Shown piece after piece: positions 7,398-16,671 of a stretch of 64,000 bases of DNA. How positions within the stretch are numbered: the stretch's first letter is position 1; the number at the start of each line of letters is the position of its first letter. Under the pieces are notes generated by a model. The model was not told the origin of the DNA. It made no database searches and saw only the letters and a list, made by a program, of their open reading frames with translations. Location: positions 19,992-83,991 of the forward strand of contig CALFXL010000028.1 of assembly GCA_937958045.1 (NCBI GenBank), given 5' to 3'. The stretch comes from an uncultured Opitutaceae bacterium (lineage in GTDB: Bacteria > Verrucomicrobiota > Verrucomicrobiia > Opitutales > Opitutaceae). The position numbers and the translations under genes are program-made.

Positions 7398-9794
7398 TTA
7401 GAAGCGCCAGCCGAGGCCACCGCGGAGAGCGATGGTCTGATCGACGATGCTGTTGTTGTCGTTGCCGTAGCTGGCGAAGAGCGAGAGGCCGTTGTTATAG
7501 TTAACAGAGACGCCGCCCTCGATGTGCCAGCCGTCGCGATCAGGATTGCGCGAATAAACCGTCAGGTGTTCGCCCATAACCGCGGCGCCAATCGGACGGT
7601 TTTCGGTCGTCGTGTCGCGTTGGAAATAGACGTTCAAGAAGGGACGGATTTCGGCGGTGTTCTTAATAATCGAGAAACTGCGAGCGATCTGCACGCCGAA
7701 CGAGAGCAGGAGAGAGTCGGCGCTTTGCTCGTCGACAATGAGCGTGGCTTGGTTGGCATTGCCGGTTTCGCGGAACGCGTCGGCTTCCCACTTGATGAAG
7801 TGTGCGCCGACGGTCGGAGCGACATCGATCCACGAGAAGCCGAGCTTGTAGCTGGCCTGCGCGCGGACGCCGTAGTGCGTGCCGTCGGTGTCGGCCTTGG
7901 CGAAGGTGCCGAGACGCGAGAGGCGGACGCTGCGGTCGGCGGAGTAGCTGTCGGTGCCATAGGTACCGATCGCGTTCACTTGGAAGGCGCCGTTACGATA
8001 ACGACCGTAGACACCGAAGGTGTTGCTCTTCGAGGTGCTGGTGCTGCCGGAATCGTCGAGGCGGAATTCCGTTTTGTCGTGCGTATAAACGAGACCCGCG
8101 AGGAACGAGGGCGAGAACGCGTAGTCAGCGCCGAGGATCAACTGTTCGGGACTGAAATCATAATATTCATTATAATCAGAAGCCGAGACCGTGGATTCGA
8201 AACGGGAAACCTGTGTATAGAAATCCAGCTTCTTGGTGGCGCGGAACTCTTGATCAGGCACGGCGAGGCGATGTTCGATGCTGGTACCCAGCGCGGCGGA
8301 TTGTACCAGCGCGGCGGAATACCATGCTTGATACGACTGCGGGCCGAGCTGATTGAGGACCTTGCCGTACGCAGACGCGGTGATCTGCGCGTCCGCAGCG
8401 CGAATGAGATCGTCGGGCAGTGCGGAACCGAGCTTGTCGAAGACCGTGGCGATGGCGGTTTGATTGCGTGTGATGCCCGCGACGTCGGCAAAGGGGTTGC
8501 GAATAACGTCGACCCAGATCTCGAAGCCGCCAGCCACCGCTTCGACGCGATACTTGGCGGTAGACGCCATGGCGAACACCTGAGGATTATCGATCTCAGG
8601 AATGTTGCCCAGGTAATCGCCATTGATAGAGATGATTTTATAGCTCTCGGTTTTAACGACAAAATCATCGCTATTGACCGCACCCACTGAAATGGCGCCG
8701 CCGGCGGTGAAGTCCACCTGGCCATTGATGAGGAGTTGGTCGTGGTCGTTCGGAGCCGATGTGAAGAAATCCAGACTGATCACACCGCGTTCACCGGGTT
8801 TTACGTTGCCATTGACGGTGAGCGTGCCGCGGTCGGCTTTGTTGCCGCCGGCGCCGAGCGTGGCTTTGCCATTACCGCCGGTTAGCTCGATATTACCGTT
8901 AATCACGCCGCTACCGCCGATATAGGCGTTGCCGGAGTTGCCGACGCCGAAGTTGCCGTTGTGCACGCCATCCACTATGTAGGAGGAAGTCGAACGGAAC
9001 GTCATGATGCCGGGCAGGTTGGCCGTGCCGGTGACCAGCGTAGTTCCCGCGCCGTATTTTTGATAGGCGGTGGTCGCGCTGGAAGTGGAGGTGATGGTGC
9101 CGGCCCAGACTTCGACTTCGTTAGCGAGATTCAACGCGCTCAACGAGCCGATGGGACGCGAACCGAGATCAACGCTGGATGTTGCATCGAAGCTCAATCC
9201 ACCAATCGACACGTTACCAGCGGTCAGTCCGCGGTAATCGATCGTGGAGTGATCCGTCATCACAATCTTGGCATACCCGAGGCCCGACGTGCTGGAAGCG
9301 CCACCGGCGAGCGTGGAATTCACGTTGTCAAACGTGATGGTGGCGTAGGACTTCAGGTTAAGATAAAACGGATTGCGGTCGGCGGCGGCGCCGGTGGATG
9401 TGCCGTCGCCATCTGTTTTCCACGGGTGAGTGCCGCGGCCGGTGATATTATAATAGAGGCGGCCGGCGGAGTTGCCCTGTAGATTGAGCGTATATCCGTA
9501 ATCGTTTTCCGTTGTTATCGAGAAGACGCGATAGGTCACGTCGCCCGATCCATTATGCGTGAGGTTGATGGTGCGATTGGGTGCGGCATTCGTAAACGAA
9601 ATGCCGGTGTTGCCGTCGGGAACGGCACCATTGCTCCAATTGGCGGTGTTGAGATAGTCGGAGTCTACACCGAGCCAGTTGACTTTGGATGTAAGAGTAT
9701 ATTGAGCGAAACCTGCAGATGCAGTCAGCAAGCCGGCAAGCACGCCCAGAAGGGGCCGCTTGGCGGAGTGCTTAAGCGAAAGTTTATTATTCAT
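7398..9794 (-). CDS. Autotransporter (passenger with beta-strand repeat plus C-terminal beta-barrel)
   Basis: Signal peptide, Gly/Asn/Thr-rich passenger with QKYGAGTTLVTG repeat, linker NQTAIATV...LNQLGPQSY, barrel ending in GLGWRF. Confidence 0.9.
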   Translation of the reverse strand: MNNKLSLKHSAKRPLLGVLAGLLTASAGFAQYTLTSKVNWLGVDSDYLNTANWSNGAVPDGNTGISFTNAAPNRTINLTHNGSGDVTYRVFSITTENDYGYTLNLQGNSAGRLYYNITGRGTHPWKTDGDGTSTGAAADRNPFYLNLKSYATITFDNVNSTLAGGASSTSGLGYAKIVMTDHSTIDYRGLTAGNVSIGGLSFDATSSVDLGSRPIGSLSALNLANEVEVWAGTITSTSSATTAYQKYGAGTTLVTGTANLPGIMTFRSTSSYIVDGVHNGNFGVGNSGNAYIGGSGVINGNIELTGGNGKATLGAGGNKADRGTLTVNGNVKPGERGVISLDFFTSAPNDHDQLLINGQVDFTAGGAISVGAVNSDDFVVKTESYKIISINGDYLGNIPEIDNPQVFAMASTAKYRVEAVAGGFEIWVDVIRNPFADVAGITRNQTAIATVFDKLGSALPDDLIRAADAQITASAYGKVLNQLGPQSYQAWYSAALVQSAALGTSIEHRLAVPDQEFRATKKLDFYTQVSRFESTVSASDYNEYYDFSPEQLILGADYAFSPSFLAGLVYTHDKTEFRLDDSGSTSTSKSNTFGVYGRYRNGAFQVNAIGTYGTDSYSADRSVRLSRLGTFAKADTDGTHYGVRAQASYKLGFSWIDVAPTVGAHFIKWEADAFRETGNANQATLIVDEQSADSLLLSFGVQIARSFSIIKNTAEIRPFLNVYFQRDTTTENRPIGAAVMGEHLTVYSRNPDRDGWHIEGGVSVNYNNGLSLFASYGNDNNSIVDQTIALRGGLGWRF

Positions 9795-9835
9795 GATAAT
9801 GTTTTATTAAAGGCTGGCCGATATCTCAGGCAGAA

Positions 9836-12800
9836 TCAGAAGTTCGCCTTGAGGCTGAGGTTCATGGTGGTGCCGCCCTCGAAGTAGCGGACAACGCGGC
9901 CGAAGCGTTCCCAACGGTCAGGTTCGTTGGTGAAGTTTCGCCAGTCGAACGAGAGCGTCCAGATACGGGAGAATTGGTAAGCGACGCTCATGTCCCAGCG
10001 GCCGGACGGTTGTACATAAACACCGTCATCGCCGAGTTTCAGCGTGCCGTCTTGCTCGTTGCCGATGCTGGACGGATTGCGGCGCAGATACTCATCGCAC
10101 CAGCTGTAGCTGACGGTGGCGTACCAGCTCTTTCCGCGATAGGTGAGGCGGGAGTTGGAGACCTTCCGCTTCATGTTCTCGATCGGAATGTCGCCTGCGG
10201 GATCCGCGTAGGTGAAGGATTGATAGACGTCGAAATTCTTCAGGAATCCGGGCAAGAAGCGGAGCTGCTGACGGTAGCTCATCTCGAAGCCCTGCATGGT
10301 GGCTTCGCCGACGTTCTGCGCGGTGGTGACCCAGATCGGGAAGCGATAATCTTCCTGCGGATAATATTGAAGCAGTTCGGGCGCGACTTCCGCCATGAAG
10401 CCGGAGCGGCTGAGGATGTAGTCGGTCATTTCTTTCCGGAAAGCGCCGACGGACAGAAGGCCGGCGTTCGGGAAATAATATTCTACGCTGACGTCGTAGT
10501 TACGGCTCCGTTGTGGCTTCAGGTTGGTATTGCTCGCGGTGATGTAGGTACGTTCATCCGTGGCGTTTTCGCTCACTGAGTTGCTCGGGATCAGATAGTT
10601 GAATCCAGGACGGGCAATGGTGTTGGTCCACGCAGCGCGGAAGATGAGGTCCTTCAGCGGCTCATACTTGAGCTGCACATTGGGGAAGAGGTTGCCGTAC
10701 TTCTTGCGGCCCGTGACGAGCGAATAATAATTCGGGTCGCTTGAGGGCAGCAGGCTGTTGGTTTGCCAGCCGGTGCTTTCGGCGTCGGTGTGCTCATAGC
10801 GAGTGCCCGCCATGATGTTCAGCTCGTTGATCTGCCAAGAGCCCATGATATAGCCGGCGAGGATCTTTTCTTCCGTGCGACGGGTGTAGCGCCACAGCGA
10901 GCGATCATAGGTGGTTTTGTTCAGCGTGAACATGGCATTGGAGCCATCGGGATTTTGGTTCGCGTAGAAATAGTCAGCGACCTTCCACGGGCTGATCCAA
11001 TCGGCGACCACGCTGTTATCATACTTCCACGAGCTGCCGAACACAGGATCATAAAACTCGCTATAACCCGGGGTGGAGGCGCCGGAGTTCAGCGTCCAGT
11101 CGTATTGATACGAATGAGAATTACGTTCCCAGCGGGAGAAGAGACCGCCAGCGCTGATGCGAAGCGGATGACCGAGTAGCGAGACCGGGATCTTGATGTC
11201 GATTTTACCGCCATCGCGTTCATCGACCATCAGCTGATCGCGCTCGTAAACGGTGAGGCCCGTATAATTGTCCAGATTGAGATAACCGCCGTTGACCGGA
11301 TTCACTTGCTCGATCGTCGCGCCCTTTTCGGAACCGATGCCGGTGAGGATGTAGTGGCCGACAGGGCTTGTATAATTAATCGACTGAATGCCGGTCGCGC
11401 CACGGGTAAACGCGCGCGAAGTATAAACATCGTAGTCAAGTTTGCCCCAGCTGAAGTTATGCTTCACGCCGGGGTTGACGGACCAAGCTTCGTTGTAGCC
11501 CTGGCGGGAAGGTGCGCCGCCGATCGAGACGGTGAACGATGCATTTTGTGCGTCGCGCGTTTCGATGGTCGGATTGCTGGTGTCTACGACACCATTGTTC
11601 ATGCGGATCGAGTGACTATAGCCGCTCAGCGTTTTGCCATCGTTGTACGATGTTTTTAGATAGACGGCGGTGCGCGGAGACAGTTTATAGTCGAGGTTGA
11701 GCGTGGTGGAGCGTTGCTGCTTCCGGGACGCGGCTTCCGATGCGCGGTAGTCGCTGGTATAAACCAGCGTATCAGCGGTCGGCAATTCGTCGGCTGGCTT
11801 GAACGGATAAGTTACGCCGAGGTCACCGAGCTGGTTGTTGAAGCGGTAGAACTCGTACGCATTAATGTTGAGGCTCACGCCGAAGCGGTTGTTCAGGAAA
11901 GCTTCGGAATAGTAGAGATTGAAGCCCGGACCCCACTTGCGGTCGGATTCGCGGTTGCCGCCGGCGGAGCCGCCGAAGTCGAGCGCGGCGGAGTTGAGGT
12001 TGACATTGGTGGTCAACGTGACGCGGCGACCTTTCTGGTCGAAGGCGTTTTTAGAGACCATGTTGACCACACCGCCGTTGGCGTTGGCCGGCGAAGAGGG
12101 CGGGGGAACTTTATAAACTTCCACCGTTTCGATCGCGGCCACGGAAAAATTCTTCAGGGCGACGCCGCGGGGGTTGGAGCTCTCGGGATTAGTCGAACTG
12201 TTGGCAAACGAGTTGCCGTCCATCGTGAAGGTGGCGTCGTCCGAGCTGATTCCGCGGATGGAGAAACCGCCGACGTCTTCACCCGCGTAGTCCACAAAGA
12301 TACCGGGGAGATTTTTCAGGAGCTCACCGGCGTTGGTGTCGATGAGGTTACCGAAGGCGTCAGACGCGACGATGTTCTTCATCACGTCCGATTGGCGCTG
12401 TTGCTGCACGGCGTGGGCCTGGCCTTCACGCTCGGCGGCGACGACGAATGCTTCGAGAATGTAAAGTTCGGAGGCGAGTTCGAACTCAATATGCTGGGTT
12501 TCGCCGGCGCCGAGGGTCACGGTGCGGGCTTCCGGGTCGAGATCGGTGTAACTGGCGGCCACCGTGTATGATCCCGGGGCCAGCTGGGAAATACGGAACG
12601 TACCGTCGCTATCGGTCAGCACCCGAATGTTTTGTCCATGGATAGTGATTTCCGCGCTACTGAGAGCCGTTTGGGTTTTGGCGCTGAGGACCTTACCGGT
12701 GATGGTGCCGGTTTCCTGCGCAAACGCTGCGTGGGGGAGCGTCCACGCAAGGACGAAAGTCAGGAGAAAGGCCCAAATCGGCACGAGTCCGCGGGCGGGC

Positions 12801-12859
12801 TTGGATGTGCGCGACCCGGAGAAGGGGACGCGAAAGCGGGCGAATAACCTTTCGGTCAA
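9836..12859 (-). CDS. TonB-dependent receptor with N-terminal carboxypeptidase-regulatory-like domain
   Basis: TGTITGKV...LTDSDGTFRISQLAPGSYTV domain, plug (ELLKNLPGI, SIRG, IETVEVYK, GGVVNM), barrel ending LSLKANF; AGGAG 6 nt before the TTG start. Confidence 0.92.
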   Translation of the reverse strand: MTERLFARFRVPFSGSRTSKPARGLVPIWAFLLTFVLAWTLPHAAFAQETGTITGKVLSAKTQTALSSAEITIHGQNIRVLTDSDGTFRISQLAPGSYTVAASYTDLDPEARTVTLGAGETQHIEFELASELYILEAFVVAAEREGQAHAVQQQRQSDVMKNIVASDAFGNLIDTNAGELLKNLPGIFVDYAGEDVGGFSIRGISSDDATFTMDGNSFANSSTNPESSNPRGVALKNFSVAAIETVEVYKVPPPSSPANANGGVVNMVSKNAFDQKGRRVTLTTNVNLNSAALDFGGSAGGNRESDRKWGPGFNLYYSEAFLNNRFGVSLNINAYEFYRFNNQLGDLGVTYPFKPADELPTADTLVYTSDYRASEAASRKQQRSTTLNLDYKLSPRTAVYLKTSYNDGKTLSGYSHSIRMNNGVVDTSNPTIETRDAQNASFTVSIGGAPSRQGYNEAWSVNPGVKHNFSWGKLDYDVYTSRAFTRGATGIQSINYTSPVGHYILTGIGSEKGATIEQVNPVNGGYLNLDNYTGLTVYERDQLMVDERDGGKIDIKIPVSLLGHPLRISAGGLFSRWERNSHSYQYDWTLNSGASTPGYSEFYDPVFGSSWKYDNSVVADWISPWKVADYFYANQNPDGSNAMFTLNKTTYDRSLWRYTRRTEEKILAGYIMGSWQINELNIMAGTRYEHTDAESTGWQTNSLLPSSDPNYYSLVTGRKKYGNLFPNVQLKYEPLKDLIFRAAWTNTIARPGFNYLIPSNSVSENATDERTYITASNTNLKPQRSRNYDVSVEYYFPNAGLLSVGAFRKEMTDYILSRSGFMAEVAPELLQYYPQEDYRFPIWVTTAQNVGEATMQGFEMSYRQQLRFLPGFLKNFDVYQSFTYADPAGDIPIENMKRKVSNSRLTYRGKSWYATVSYSWCDEYLRRNPSSIGNEQDGTLKLGDDGVYVQPSGRWDMSVAYQFSRIWTLSFDWRNFTNEPDRWERFGRVVRYFEGGTTMNLSLKANF

Positions 12860-12906
12860 TGCACGCTCCTGAGAAGACGCGGCGGCTTATTGAGCTGGTA
12901 GTTCAT
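12856..12906 (-). CDS. Possible 16-aa upstream ORF (MNYQLNKPPRLLRSVH) overlapping the receptor start
   Basis: ATG at 12906 after an A/C-rich leader; its TGA (12858-12856) overlaps the receptor TTG (TTGA). Confidence 0.3.
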   Translation of the reverse strand: MNYQLNKPPRLLRSVH

Positions 12907-13190
12907 GGTTTCTTAGGGTTATTTCCTTGCAGGAAAGAGAGATACGCGGAAGACACCGAAGAGGGGACATCGTCGCGAGGGGAGTGGGTGCGGACCTTTG
13001 CCCGTTTGTGCGGCCGGCGACTGGACGCGGCTGGGTAGATCAGTTTACCGGACGGCCGGAGGCGGCGCACAGCAGCTTTCGCTGTGGGGCAAAAGGGGTT
13101 CTACGCGGGCGGATTGGTAAAAGAACGTGCGCTTATTAAAGGGGCGGAAAAAGTCGGACACGTGCTCTCGCGGGCGACGCGTTTCAATTG

Positions 13191-13233
13191 TTTACCGTAA
13201 GATTTAGGGGTCGTTTATACATCTTACAGTAAA
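13191..13233. promoter_or_regulatory. 13-bp inverted repeat made of two TTAC-N-GTAA boxes, candidate operator
   Basis: TTTACCGTAAGAT (13191-13203), 17-nt spacer, ATCTTACAGTAAA (13221-13233), one mismatch; between the divergent receptor and rpsB genes. Confidence 0.5.
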
Positions 13234-13547
13234 TAGACGCGTATCTCAAAAGCATGTCTCGTAAACGTACCGGGAGTGCACACACGGCGTTCAGCGGCGT
13301 GAAGTGACTGCGTTGAGTTGCCTGCGTTTGTGCGCGATAGGTCGCTTTATCCGCTCGCGAGTGCCTCCAGCTCGCGGCTCTCTTTTCTTTCGGAGCAGGC
13401 CCGGCCGCCGAAATTCACGCTTGCCACTCCTGCGGCGGCTCTCTGTCTTCGACCGCTCTGTCCGTAAAACTATAAACAACCAACCATCATCATACGATCG
13501 CAAGGCGGCCCATCGGCCGACCTGTGTGTCGCAGATACATAGATCCC

Positions 13548-14441
13548 ATGAACGTCACTCCTAAAGACCTCCTCGATGCCGGCGTCCACTTCGGTCACCA
13601 GACCAAGCGCTGGAATCCGCGCTCCAAGCCCTACGTGTTCGATCACCGCCAGGGCATCACGATCATCGACCTCGGCAAGACGCACGAAGCGCTGACCAAG
13701 GCCTACAATTTCATCGAGGACACGGTCGCCAATGGCGGCAATGTGCTCTTCGTCGGCACCAAGCGCCAGGCTCAGGAAATCATCCGCGAAGCCGCTTCGT
13801 CCACCAATATGCCCTACTGCGTTGATCGCTGGCTGGGTGGCACCCTCACCAATTTCGCGACCGTCAAGAAGTCGATCGCCAAGTTCAAGAAGTACCAGCA
13901 GATGGAGACCAGCGGTGAGCTCGCCAAATTCTCCTCGAAGGAAGGCGCCGCCATCAAACGCGAGATGGTGCGCATGCAGAAAAACTTCGCGGGCATCATC
14001 GACCTCAACGAACTGCCCAGCGTGATCTTCGTGGTCGACGCTTCGCACGAGAAAATCGCCGTCGCCGAAGGCAACCGCCTCAACATCCCGACCGTCGGTC
14101 TCGTCGATACCAACTCCGACCCGACCACGCTCAAGTTCCCGATCCCCGGTAATGATGACGCGGTGAAATCCATCCGCATCATCGTCGAGACCATCGTCGC
14201 CGCCGTGCAGAGCGGTCTCGCTCAGCGCGAAACCCGCCGCACCGCTCGTGGTCAGGCCGATCTCCGCGCCGCTTCCGCCGCGGTCGCCGCTGCCGCTGGT
14301 GCCACCACCGAGACCGGCGAGATCGATCTCAGCCGCGTCGAGCTTCCCGCCACCGATTTGGTGGACGAGGCGGAAGTGGAAGCTCCGGTCGTCGCCAAGA
14401 AGCCCGCGGCCCGCAAGAAGGTCGCTGCTCCCAAGAACTAA
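13548..14441 (+). CDS. rpsB: 30S ribosomal protein S2
   Basis: LLDAGVHFGHQTKRWNP, LFVGTK, RWLGGTLTN, VDTNSDP, IPGNDD. Confidence 0.99.
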   Translation: MNVTPKDLLDAGVHFGHQTKRWNPRSKPYVFDHRQGITIIDLGKTHEALTKAYNFIEDTVANGGNVLFVGTKRQAQEIIREAASSTNMPYCVDRWLGGTLTNFATVKKSIAKFKKYQQMETSGELAKFSSKEGAAIKREMVRMQKNFAGIIDLNELPSVIFVVDASHEKIAVAEGNRLNIPTVGLVDTNSDPTTLKFPIPGNDDAVKSIRIIVETIVAAVQSGLAQRETRRTARGQADLRAASAAVAAAAGATTETGEIDLSRVELPATDLVDEAEVEAPVVAKKPAARKKVAAPKN

Positions 14442-14459
14442 ATCCTTTTTAATAGAAAA

Positions 14460-15053
14460 ATGAGTACAGCTGTATCCGCCTCGGCGGTTAAAGATCTCCG
14501 CGAAAAAACCGGCGCCGGCCTGCTCGATTGCCAAAAAGCTCTCGCTGAAGCCAAGGGCAATATCGAGGAAGCCATCACGATCCTCCGCAAGAAATCCGGC
14601 GGTAAGGTCGACAAGCTCGCCAGCCGTGCGACCAAGGAAGGTCTCATCGAGAGCTACATCCACGTCGGCGGTAAGGTCGGCGTGCTTCTCGAAGTGAATT
14701 GCGAAACCGACTTCGTCGCTCGCAACGAAGACTTCAAAGCCTTCCTCAAGGACCTCTGCTTGCAGATCGCCGCGGCGAACCCCCTCTACGTGAACCGCGA
14801 CGAAGTGCCGGAAGCCGAAATCGCCAAGGAGCGCGATATCGCCACCGCTTCGCTCGAAGGCAAACCCGCCGCCGCGATTCAGAAGATCGTCGAAGGCAAA
14901 CTCGAGAAGTACTACTCCACCGTGTGCCTCATCGATCAGCCCTTCGTGAAGCAGCCGGAAAAGTCCGTGAAGGACATCCTCGGCGAGAAGATCGCCAAGA
15001 TCGGCGAAAACATCACCATCCGCCGCTTCACCCGCTACCAGCTCGGCAACTGA
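14460..15053 (+). CDS. tsf: Elongation factor Ts (short form)
   Basis: VKDLREKTGAGLLDCQKAL, EVNCETDFVA, IGENITIRRFTRY; directly after rpsB. Confidence 0.98.
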   Translation: MSTAVSASAVKDLREKTGAGLLDCQKALAEAKGNIEEAITILRKKSGGKVDKLASRATKEGLIESYIHVGGKVGVLLEVNCETDFVARNEDFKAFLKDLCLQIAAANPLYVNRDEVPEAEIAKERDIATASLEGKPAAAIQKIVEGKLEKYYSTVCLIDQPFVKQPEKSVKDILGEKIAKIGENITIRRFTRYQLGN

Positions 15054-15084
15054 GCTGCGTGTAGTTGAATTTTGGATACATTTG

Positions 15085-15112
15085 GCCCCGCCGTTACCGG
15101 CGGGGCTTTTTT
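15085..15112 (+). terminator. Intrinsic terminator of rpsB-tsf
   Basis: GCCCCGCCG-TTAC-CGGCGGGGC followed by TTTTTT. Confidence 0.88.
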
Positions 15113-15239
15113 GTTGTTACAAAACAACAACAACCGCCGCCCATGCCTGCCTGTATTCTGACTGGCAAGCGGCGGAATCGCTGGCCGTCGACGCGCGAGG
15201 GCGGAAGGGTGGAGAGCCTGTTAAGCCCTACGATTCATC

Positions 15240-16394
15240 ATGCGAATTCTCCCTACCCTGACATTGGCACTGGCTTGCACGGTCGCTGGTTCCGCCATCG
15301 CGGCCGACACGACCCCGCCCGCGCCCGCGGACATCCTGCGGACGTTGCGGCTCACCAATGAGTACTTCATGGCGAAGTGGCCGGACACCGGCAAAGTCAT
15401 CGTCACCAATCGCGCACGTCCGTCCAATATCTGGACTCGCGCTGTTTATTACGAGGGCTTGATGGATCTGTATAAGATCGATCCGGATCAGCGTTATATC
15501 GACTACGCCGTGAGCTGGGGAGAAGCCCACAAGTGGGGCCTTAATCGCGGCGTGAACACGACCGATGCTGACAACCATTGCGCGGGTCAGACGTACCTCG
15601 CGCTCTATGAAATGGACCCGAAGCCGGAGCGCATCCGCGACATCAAGGCATCGATCGATCGCGTGATCGCCGAGGACGACGATGCGGCGTGGTGGTGGAT
15701 CGATGCGCTGCAGATGGCGATGCCCGTGTACGCGAAACTCTCCGCGATCACCGGTGAATCGAAGTACGTGGAAAAAATGCACGCCATGTACCTCCACACA
15801 AAAAACAAGCACGGTGAAAAAGGACTCTTTAATCCGGCGGACGGTTTCTGGTGGCGCGACAAGGATTTTGATCCTCCCTACACCGAGCCCAATGGCGAAG
15901 ACAGCTATTGGTCGCGCGGCAACGGTTGGGTCGTCGGTGCGATGGTGCGCACGCTCGAATTGCTCCCGCAGGATTCGCCGTATCGCAAGGAGTACACCGA
16001 CATGCTCGTGACGATGTGCGAAGCCGCGCGCAAGGTGCAGCGCGAGGACGGTTTTTGGAACGTGAGCTTGCACGATCCGAATCACTTCGGCGGAAAGGAA
16101 ACCTCGGGCACCGCGCTCTTCGTGTACGGCATGGCTTGGGGCGTGCGTCAGGGATTGCTGCCGCGCGATGTGTACGCGCCTATCGTGTACAAGGCGTGGA
16201 ACGCGATGGTGAAAGACGCGGTGCACCCGAACGGCTTCCTCGGTTATCTCCAGAGCACGGGCAAAGAGCCGAAGGACGGCCAACCGGTCACGTATGACAA
16301 ACAGCCGGACTTCGAGGACTATGGTCTCGGTTGTTTCCTGCTCGCGGGCACGGAAGTGTATCGCCTCGTCGGCGGTCAGCCGGTCTCCCGCTGA
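15240..16394 (+). CDS. GH105 unsaturated rhamnogalacturonyl hydrolase (GH88/105 family), secreted
   Basis: Signal peptide; NIWTRAVYYEG, WWWIDALQMAMP, YWSRGNGW, ETSGTALFVYG. Confidence 0.9.
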   Translation: MRILPTLTLALACTVAGSAIAADTTPPAPADILRTLRLTNEYFMAKWPDTGKVIVTNRARPSNIWTRAVYYEGLMDLYKIDPDQRYIDYAVSWGEAHKWGLNRGVNTTDADNHCAGQTYLALYEMDPKPERIRDIKASIDRVIAEDDDAAWWWIDALQMAMPVYAKLSAITGESKYVEKMHAMYLHTKNKHGEKGLFNPADGFWWRDKDFDPPYTEPNGEDSYWSRGNGWVVGAMVRTLELLPQDSPYRKEYTDMLVTMCEAARKVQREDGFWNVSLHDPNHFGGKETSGTALFVYGMAWGVRQGLLPRDVYAPIVYKAWNAMVKDAVHPNGFLGYLQSTGKEPKDGQPVTYDKQPDFEDYGLGCFLLAGTEVYRLVGGQPVSR

Positions 16395-16433
16395 GAAAAT
16401 TGAATTCACTGCACGCGATCGAAATGATCGCCG

Positions 16434-16465
16434 AAAAAGCCCGGGCTGATCGGCCCGGGCTTTTT
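16434..16465. terminator. Bidirectional intrinsic terminator between convergent GH105 and PL11 genes
   Basis: AAAAA-GCCCGGGC-TGATCG-GCCCGGGC-TTTTT. Confidence 0.85.
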
Positions 16466-16525
16466 GTTGAGAGATTTTCAAATAAATCGGCAGCTGATGG
16501 GAGCGCAGCCGCTGGCCGGCTCCTT

Positions 16526-16552
16526 GGAAAGTGCCGGCGGGCCGCCGGCGCT
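16526..16552. repeat. REP-like palindromic repeat, copy 1 (copy 2 at 61363-61389)
   Basis: GGAAAGTGCCGGCGGGCCGCCGGCGCT; 26 of 27 bases identical to copy 2; internal palindrome GCCGGCGG-G-CCGCCGGC. Confidence 0.65.
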
Positions 16553-16671
16553 CCTGATAGGTGCGCTCAACGGCTACGACAGATTGAAAATATTCTCATT
16601 GGCCGAAGGGGAAATCGACGTGGAGCGGCGGTTGCGAGCAACCGCCTTACCTCGCGACTGACGCGATCATG

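Noticed and set aside
5095-13280. Integrative island bounded by a duplicated tRNA-Leu 3' end
   Set aside because: Only an 8-nt match (CGTACCGG near 13266) was found and there is no integrase in the window.
13270-13547. S2-responsive rpsB leader RNA
   Set aside because: The long leader is plausible by analogy with gammaproteobacteria, but I could not match the conserved structure by eye.
14460-15053. Short 197-aa EF-Ts as a novelty
   Set aside because: Short EF-Ts forms are well known in several phyla.
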